Made by a program: the position numbers and the translations under genes. From Candidatus Methylomirabilia bacterium (GTDB taxonomy: Bacteria; Methylomirabilota; Methylomirabilia; Rokubacteriales; CSP1-6): 13,485 nt of DNA. The notes under the pieces are model-generated. The model saw only the letters and a list, made by a program, of their open reading frames with translations, was not told the DNA's origin and ran no database searches. This document shows, one piece after another, positions 8,330-13,485 of the stretch. How positions within the stretch are numbered: position 1 is the first letter of the stretch; every line of letters starts with the position of its first letter. The stretch lies in the NCBI GenBank assembly GCA_041492755.1, contig JBGPXN010000119.1:1-13485 (forward strand), written 5' to 3'.

Positions 8330-8533
8330 ATGGGAGTCTTCGAAGACGTCCAGAAGTTTCTCAAAGCGCACCGCGCTTGCGGCGAAGTCAGCGGCGGCGC
8401 GCAGCCGCCCACGCGCGAGGGCTACCGGCTCTGGTTGACCTGCCCGTGCGGCGCCGAGTTCGATCGCTACGTAACGCCCGAAGTTGCCCGATACGACCTG
8501 ATCCACTCCAGTCTGCTCGCCGTCCCGAACTGA
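8330..8533 (+). CDS. 67-aa hypothetical protein with HxxC and CxC motifs (putative zinc-binding)
   Basis: MGVFEDVQKFLKAHRACGEVSGGAQPPTREGYRLWLTCPCGAEFDRYVTPEVARYDLIHSSLLAVPN. SD GAGGGA upstream, coding-like codon bias. Confidence 0.8.
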   Translation: MGVFEDVQKFLKAHRACGEVSGGAQPPTREGYRLWLTCPCGAEFDRYVTPEVARYDLIHSSLLAVPN

Positions 8534-8621
8534 GCGAGGCCGCCGGACGGCCGGGTTCATCGACCTTCCGGTCCTCCCCAACGTCGCCATGGTCCGTCCG
8601 CGATGCTACAGTCGGGGAACG

Positions 8622-10529
8622 GTGATCTCACCCGCGTTTCGCACGCTCTGTGAGCAGGCGCGCGCGTCGGTCCGCGAGGGCCACTACGCGCGCGCGGCGG
8701 CGGCGTACCGCGACGCGCTCGCGCTTCGTCCCGACGACGTGAAGACGCTGCTCGATCTCGGGCTCGTGTACCGGCGGCTCCGGCGCCCGCACGACGCGGA
8801 AGCGGTGTTCCGTGACGCGACGCGACACGCACCGGCGATGGCGTCGCCCCACGCCGAGCTCGGGGCCGCGCTCTTCGAGCAAGTCCGATATGGGGAAGCC
8901 GCCGCCGCCTTCCGCGCGGCGGTCCGGCTCCGGCCCGACTTCGCTCAGGCCCACCTGAATCTCGGCCTCGCGCTGGAGCGGCTCGATGACCATGCCGGCG
9001 CCGAGACCGCGCTGCGTGAGGCGCTCCGCCTGCGGCCGGACGATGCCCGCGCGCGCCACAATCTCGGTGTGGTGCTGCGTCGTCTGCGCCGCACGGATGA
9101 GGCGGCCGCGCTGCATCGCCAGGGGACCGAGCGCGAAGCCGACGTTGCGTCGGCGCAAGCCGACCTCGCCGCGACGTTGTTCGAGGGGGGGAAATTCGAG
9201 GACGCGATCGCCGCGCTCGACGACGTGATTCGCCGCCGGCCCCAGGATGCGCGCGCGCACGCCGCCCGGGCGGTGGCCTGGGAGCGACTGGGCAAGCTGG
9301 GCCCCGCCATCGATGCGTACCGGGAAGCGCTGCGCCTGCGGCCGGACGACGGGGCGCTCCACCTCGCGATCGCGCTTGCTCTCCGCCGGCGCCGCCGGTA
9401 CGGCGAGGCGGTCACGGCCCTGCGGGAAGCCGCGCGGCTGCGCCCCGACGACGACGCGCCCCGTTACTACCTCGGCCTGGTGTTCGAACGGCTCGGTCGC
9501 TACGACGAGGCGGCCGGCGCGTTGCGCGATGCGATCCACGTGCGTCCGGAATCGGTGGCGGCCTATCGCGCGCTGGCCGTGACGTTCCGGCGGCGCGGCC
9601 AGTGGCAGTCCGAGGTCGCCGTGTACCGCGACGCGCTTGCCGTCCGACCGGACGACGCCGCGCTGCACGCGGCGCTGGGTCACGCCCTCGGCACGCTCGG
9701 ACGCTACGCCGAGGCCACCGCGGCGCTTCGTCAGGCGATCACGCTCGCGCCCGCGGACGCCGACGCCTGGTACGAGCTCGGTGTCGCGCGCGGCCGGCAA
9801 GGCCGCCACGCCGAGGCCGAAGACGCGCTGCGGGAAGCCGTGCGGCGCGCGCCCGAGGACGTGCGCGCGCGCGCCAACCTCGCCCTCAGCCTCGGCCGCC
9901 AGGGACGGCACGCCGAAGCCGAGCAGGCCTACCGCCTGGCGCTCGAGCTGCGGTCGGCCAACGGCGCGCTTTATCGCGGTCTCGGTGTGGCCCTGTACTG
10001 GCAGGCCCGGTATGCCGAGGCCGAGCCGGCCTTCCGCGAAGCGATTCGACTGCGCCCGGACTACGTGCGCGCCCTCTGCGATCTGGGCGAGCTCTACCTC
10101 GAGCAGCGCCGCTACGCCGACGCCGAGCAGGCCTACCGCGCGGCGATCGCGTTGCGTCCCACCCACGTGCGCGCGCACGCCGCGCTGGGCGGCGTGTTGG
10201 TGGCCGGCGGCCGCTACGACGAGGCGGAGGCGACGTGCCGAGAGGCATTGCGGCTCAATCCCGCTTCGACCACGGCCGTGTTCGCGCTGTGGTCGGCGCT
10301 CGAGGCGCAGGCAAAGTACGTGGAGCTCGAGGCGGCGGCGCAGGCCGCGCTGGCGATCAATCCCGAGCACGCCGGCGCATACGCGCGGCTGGGCCGTGCG
10401 CTGTTCGCGCAGCGCCGCTATGGTGACGCGATCGCCGCCTGGGAGCGCGCACTCGCCCTCGACCCGGCGTTTCCCGGCATCACCGCCGCACTCGCTCAGG
10501 CCCGGCACGCCGTCAGTGACGCTCGATGA
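8622..10529 (+). CDS. Tetratricopeptide repeat protein with 18 tandem 34-aa TPRs (start GTG 8622 or ATG 8589)
   Basis: Units such as AQAHLNLGLALERLDDHAGAETALREALRLRPDD recur every 34 aa across the whole ORF. Confidence 0.94.
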   Translation: MISPAFRTLCEQARASVREGHYARAAAAYRDALALRPDDVKTLLDLGLVYRRLRRPHDAEAVFRDATRHAPAMASPHAELGAALFEQVRYGEAAAAFRAAVRLRPDFAQAHLNLGLALERLDDHAGAETALREALRLRPDDARARHNLGVVLRRLRRTDEAAALHRQGTEREADVASAQADLAATLFEGGKFEDAIAALDDVIRRRPQDARAHAARAVAWERLGKLGPAIDAYREALRLRPDDGALHLAIALALRRRRRYGEAVTALREAARLRPDDDAPRYYLGLVFERLGRYDEAAGALRDAIHVRPESVAAYRALAVTFRRRGQWQSEVAVYRDALAVRPDDAALHAALGHALGTLGRYAEATAALRQAITLAPADADAWYELGVARGRQGRHAEAEDALREAVRRAPEDVRARANLALSLGRQGRHAEAEQAYRLALELRSANGALYRGLGVALYWQARYAEAEPAFREAIRLRPDYVRALCDLGELYLEQRRYADAEQAYRAAIALRPTHVRAHAALGGVLVAGGRYDEAEATCREALRLNPASTTAVFALWSALEAQAKYVELEAAAQAALAINPEHAGAYARLGRALFAQRRYGDAIAAWERALALDPAFPGITAALAQARHAVSDAR

Positions 10530-11241
10530 GCGTCGCGAACTCGGCGAGATCGCGGGCCGGCACCTCGGGCCGTCGGCTCAGCGCTTCGTAGACCTCGCGT
10601 GGCCGGTCCTCGATCGCCTGGCTCACGCGCGCGAATACTCTGATCAGCCGCCGCGCTTCGAGGTCGGCCTTGCGCTGGGCGATGTCGCTCGCCGCTCGGA
10701 TGGCCAGCGTCATCAGCTGGCTGTCGAGCCGCACCCAGCCTGACACCACGGCCCGCACGAGGCTTTGCCCGCCGGCCGCGGGCGTGACGTCGTACTGGAT
10801 CATCGTGACCGCGTCGCCATGCAGGGCCGGTAGCATGGCCTTCTTGAACTGGCCGCGCGCGTACATCACGCGGGTGCCGGGCGCCGCGTGAACGACGCTG
10901 AAGCGTCCAGTGGCGCCCCAGCCGTCGTCCATGGCCAGGCCCTCCGACGTCCGCCAGATCCGGTAGCGGGCGACCTTGAGCTCGCGGGCTACGTGGCTGG
11001 CGAACTCGGGGTGGTCCAGCAAGTATTCGAAGACCTCCCGGCGGGCCGGGAAGGCCGCGGCGTCGACGCGGGTGGACACGGCGGCGGCGGCCGCCAGATC
11101 GTGCAGTCGGGTGCGCTCGGCAGGCGCGATGCCCGCCGGAAGCGCGGGTGTCGGTGGTCCGGCGGCGGCTGCCCCCAGCGAGCCGCTCGCCGACAGGACG
11201 CCGGCGACGGCCAGTGCCACGGCCCGCCGGAAGAAGACCAC
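10513..11241 (-). CDS. Hypothetical exported protein (242 aa)
   Basis: N-terminal FFRR plus a hydrophobic stretch and AAA cleavage region, then a globular body (FEYLLDHPEFA..YRIW..DDGWGATG..ARGQF). It overlaps the TPR gene 3' end by 17 nt. Confidence 0.8.
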   Translation of the reverse strand: MVFFRRAVALAVAGVLSASGSLGAAAAGPPTPALPAGIAPAERTRLHDLAAAAAVSTRVDAAAFPARREVFEYLLDHPEFASHVARELKVARYRIWRTSEGLAMDDGWGATGRFSVVHAAPGTRVMYARGQFKKAMLPALHGDAVTMIQYDVTPAAGGQSLVRAVVSGWVRLDSQLMTLAIRAASDIAQRKADLEARRLIRVFARVSQAIEDRPREVYEALSRRPEVPARDLAEFATLIERH

Positions 11242-11309
11242 GCTGGATTATCGCATTGCGGTCGCGCCGATCCCGGCCCAGCGACGAACGGCACCCGGCC
11301 CAGCGTCGC

Positions 11310-11338
11310 TTGACGGGCTCCAGAGCGCGCAGTACGCT
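11310..11338 (+). promoter_or_regulatory. Sigma70-type promoter candidate for the GvpL/F gene
   Basis: TTGACG, 17 nt, TACGCT. Confidence 0.6.
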
Positions 11339-11401
11339 CGGTCACTACCTCGCACGCTGGTCTTCGATCCGATCCCGTTGATTCCCACGGTGGAGGGTGC
11401 G

Positions 11402-12136
11402 ATGGTTCGAGTACGTTCGACAGGCCCCGAGCCCCGTACCGACGCCTCTCCCCAATATCTTTACGCAATCGTCGAGGGTTTGCCGCGTCGCTGGCGACCC
11501 CCGACCAGCGGGGTGGGCGCGGGCCCGGTCGTCGCGCGATCCATTGCCGATCTCGTCGTCGTCGCGAGCGCGGTGACGGCGCCGCCTCTTCGAACGCCCC
11601 GCACCCTCGCGCTGCATCACGACGTCGTGGCGACGACGTTGCAGGCGGACGCGGTGCTGCCGTTTCCGTTCGGGACGGTGATGCCACCCGGCGAGCTCGA
11701 CCATTGGATGCTCACGCATCGCGGGCTCGTGCTGCGCTCGTTGGCCCACTTGCGGGGCTGCCTCGAGATGACCGTCCGTTTGGTGCGGTTGGATGCCGCC
11801 CCGACGTCGGGAGTCGGCCGCATGCTGGCGCGTCGCGCGGGCACCGATGGCCGCGCCGGACGCCAGGGCGATGCCGGGCTCGACACGCTGGCCAGCGAGG
11901 TGATCGACCGCGCCGGGCTGTCCGAGTGGCGCTACGAGCCTGGCGTGCGCGACGGCGTCGCGTCGTTGGCGTTCCTGCTCCCGCGCGATGAGCTGGCGCA
12001 ATTCCTCACGCGGATCGCGCCGGTGGCCTCCCGCGCCGTCGGCGTCGCGGTCGTGCCGACGGGGCCGCGCGCGCCGTACTCGTTCGTCCCGGCGCTCCAC
12101 GACTCCGCGCATCCGGCCGCCTGCTGCGCCGGCTGA
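11402..12136 (+). CDS. GvpL/GvpF family (gas vesicle) protein (244 aa)
   Basis: YLYAIV..DLVVVAS..HHDVV..VLPFPFGTV..L..LRGCLEMTVR..LAFLLPRD..F..TGPRAPYSFV matches the family pattern. SD GGAGG precedes ATG 11402. Confidence 0.88.
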   Translation: MVRVRSTGPEPRTDASPQYLYAIVEGLPRRWRPPTSGVGAGPVVARSIADLVVVASAVTAPPLRTPRTLALHHDVVATTLQADAVLPFPFGTVMPPGELDHWMLTHRGLVLRSLAHLRGCLEMTVRLVRLDAAPTSGVGRMLARRAGTDGRAGRQGDAGLDTLASEVIDRAGLSEWRYEPGVRDGVASLAFLLPRDELAQFLTRIAPVASRAVGVAVVPTGPRAPYSFVPALHDSAHPAACCAG

Positions 12137-12176
12137 GCCACCCCGTCCGGGCCTGAACCCGCCTCACGGACTGGCC

Positions 12177-12205
12177 TTGCCGGGCCATTCGCTTCGGAGT
12201 AGGCT
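12177..12205 (+). promoter_or_regulatory. Sigma70-type promoter candidate for the last two genes
   Basis: TTGCCG, 17 nt, TAGGCT, followed by SD AAGGAGG and ATG 12230. Confidence 0.6.
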
Positions 12206-12229
12206 GTGCGCCACTTCAAGGAGGCCCCG

Positions 12230-12427
12230 ATGCCGAGGATGCCTCTGACCGCGGTGGAGACGCTCATGCAGGAGCAGCCCGACCGCACCCTCGAGGCGGC
12301 GCTCGGGGTCTTCGAAGTCTTCGCCAGCGGAGCGCTCACCGAAGAGGTTTACATCCTCGACGACGTCGCGGGCAAACGCATCGCGATCGCACCCAGCGGA
12401 TTGAAAGAAAAGTACCGACGGGGGTGA
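12230..12427 (+). CDS. 65-aa hypothetical protein
   Basis: MPRMPLTAVETLMQEQPDRTLEAALGVFEVFASGALTEEVYILDDVAGKRIAIAPSGLKEKYRRG. Strong SD, and the stop lies 4 nt before the next ATG. Confidence 0.8.
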   Translation: MPRMPLTAVETLMQEQPDRTLEAALGVFEVFASGALTEEVYILDDVAGKRIAIAPSGLKEKYRRG

Positions 12428-12431
12428 GCCT

Positions 12432-13259
12432 ATGGCTATCGTGACCCTCTCCTACCAGTTGGGCGCAAGCGGAGCCGAGATCGGGATGGGCGTGGCCCAG
12501 CGGTTGGGCTATCGCTACGTCGATCAGGAGATACTCCAGGACGCCATCCATCGCTACGGCCTCGCCGAGGAGAAGCTCTCCCACCTCGACGAGTCGAAGC
12601 CCACGCTGTTCGAGCGCTTCGACGCGGAGACGCGGCACTACATCACCATCTTACAGACGACGCTGCTCGAGTTCGCGGAATCCGACAACGTCGTCCTGAT
12701 GGGCCGCGGCGGCCAGTGGCTGCTGCGCGGGATTCCTCACGTGCTCCGCGTCCGCGTCATCGCGCCTTTCGACCAGCGCGTGCGCCGCTGGATCCGGCGC
12801 ACGACCGAGATGACGCGGGAGACGCCCAACCAGCGCGCCGCCGCGGAATTCGTGCGCCGCGACGACAGCGACAAGTCGGGACGCATGCGCTACCTCTACG
12901 AGGTCGACGTGGCCGATCCGACCCTCTACGACCTCGTCATCAACACCGAGACGCTGTCGTTCGAGGCGGGGGTGGACATGATCGAACGGGCGCTCCGCCG
13001 CCCGGAGCTGGCGACGACCGATGCCACCCGCGAGATCGTGCGCTCGCGCGCGCTCGCCTCGCGCGTGCAGGTCGCGCTCGCCATCCATCCCGAGACGCGT
13101 CGGTACCGGATCACGGTGGAGGCGCACGACGGGACGGTGACGCTCGAAGGCACCGGCGCCCTCGACCGCGCCATGGAGGTGGCCCGCGACGTCCCTGGCG
13201 TGCGGGGCGTGCAGACGCGCGCCGTCGAAATCCCGCCGATCCCGCCGTTCGTGGCGTAG
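12432..13259 (+). CDS. Cytidylate kinase-like family protein with C-terminal BON domain (275 aa)
   Basis: IVTLSYQLGASGAEIG..AQRLGYRYVDQEI..NVVLMGRGGQ..VRVIAP..RVRR..D..R..Y..D..DPTLYDLVINT, followed by RVQVAL..ITVEAHDGTVTLEG..A.EVARDVPGVRGV (BON). Confidence 0.92.
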   Translation: MAIVTLSYQLGASGAEIGMGVAQRLGYRYVDQEILQDAIHRYGLAEEKLSHLDESKPTLFERFDAETRHYITILQTTLLEFAESDNVVLMGRGGQWLLRGIPHVLRVRVIAPFDQRVRRWIRRTTEMTRETPNQRAAAEFVRRDDSDKSGRMRYLYEVDVADPTLYDLVINTETLSFEAGVDMIERALRRPELATTDATREIVRSRALASRVQVALAIHPETRRYRITVEAHDGTVTLEGTGALDRAMEVARDVPGVRGVQTRAVEIPPIPPFVA

Positions 13260-13273
13260 GTGGTCATTTACGT

Positions 13274-13485
13274 GGGGGGCCCCGAAATGGCCCCCCCCCT
13301 CGGGGGGGCCCCGGCCCCCCCGGGGGCGCCCCCGCACCATCCAGGGCGAAAAGGGGTAAGCGGGGGCGGGGGGGAAAAGAGGCCGGGATCGGGGGGGGGG
13401 CGGGGCGCCCGGGGGGGGGGGGGGATGCGCCTGTCGGGGGGGCCCGGGGGGGGCGGGCAGGACGGCTCGGCGTGCCCGCCGAAGC
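13274..13485. repeat. REP-like GC hairpins grading into G/C homopolymer low-complexity sequence (probably low-quality bases)
   Basis: GGGGGGCC-ccgaaat-GGCCCCCC (13274-13296), GGGGGGGCC-cc-GGCCCCCCC (13302-13321), then G runs of up to 14 nt. Confidence 0.55.

Noticed and set aside
7313..8533. 406-aa plus-strand ORF
   Set aside because: It starts inside the tRNA and runs antisense to the beta-barrel gene. Only the last 67 codons have an SD and look like a real protein.
8628..10508. 626-aa minus-strand ORF, and DNA-level repeats as a CRISPR or tandem array
   Set aside because: Antisense shadow of the GC-rich TPR gene. The 102-nt periodicity is degenerate and reflects protein repeats, not repeat-spacer structure.
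12432..13259. Assigning the gene symbol cmk
   Set aside because: It lacks the Walker A GK[ST] motif and has a BON fusion, which fits the cytidylate kinase-like family rather than true Cmk.

Overview
High-GC bacterial chromosomal window from a probable diderm (it encodes an outer-membrane beta-barrel). The gene mix suggests Ca. Rokubacteria/Methylomirabilota, but that is an unverified inference. From left to right it contains: thiC (minus strand, runs off the window, so absent from the ORF track) behind a TPP riboswitch; a divergent operon of a collapsed 56-aa luciferase-like remnant, an SDR and an intact LLM oxidoreductase; a 56-aa basic SWIB-half-like protein; a minus-strand block (small membrane protein, zinc-ribbon/PCP_red protein, HU, D-Ala-D-Ala carboxypeptidase, haloacid dehalogenase with an apparent CTG start); tRNA-Thr(CGT); an OM beta-barrel; a 67-aa HxxC/CxC protein; an 18-repeat TPR-only protein; a secreted hypothetical; an orphan GvpL/GvpF gene; a 65-aa hypothetical; and a cytidylate-kinase-like/BON protein. 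The window ends in a G/C homopolymer-rich tail that is probably partly artefact. No integrase, transposase, CRISPR array or rRNA was seen. The most notable observations are the apparently chimeric ThiC (long-type N-half, short-type C-half), the LLM remnant that keeps translational coupling, the truncated SWIB-like protein, the orphan Gvp gene, the non-canonical start codon and several likely leaderless genes. No complete novel system can be demonstrated from sequence alone.
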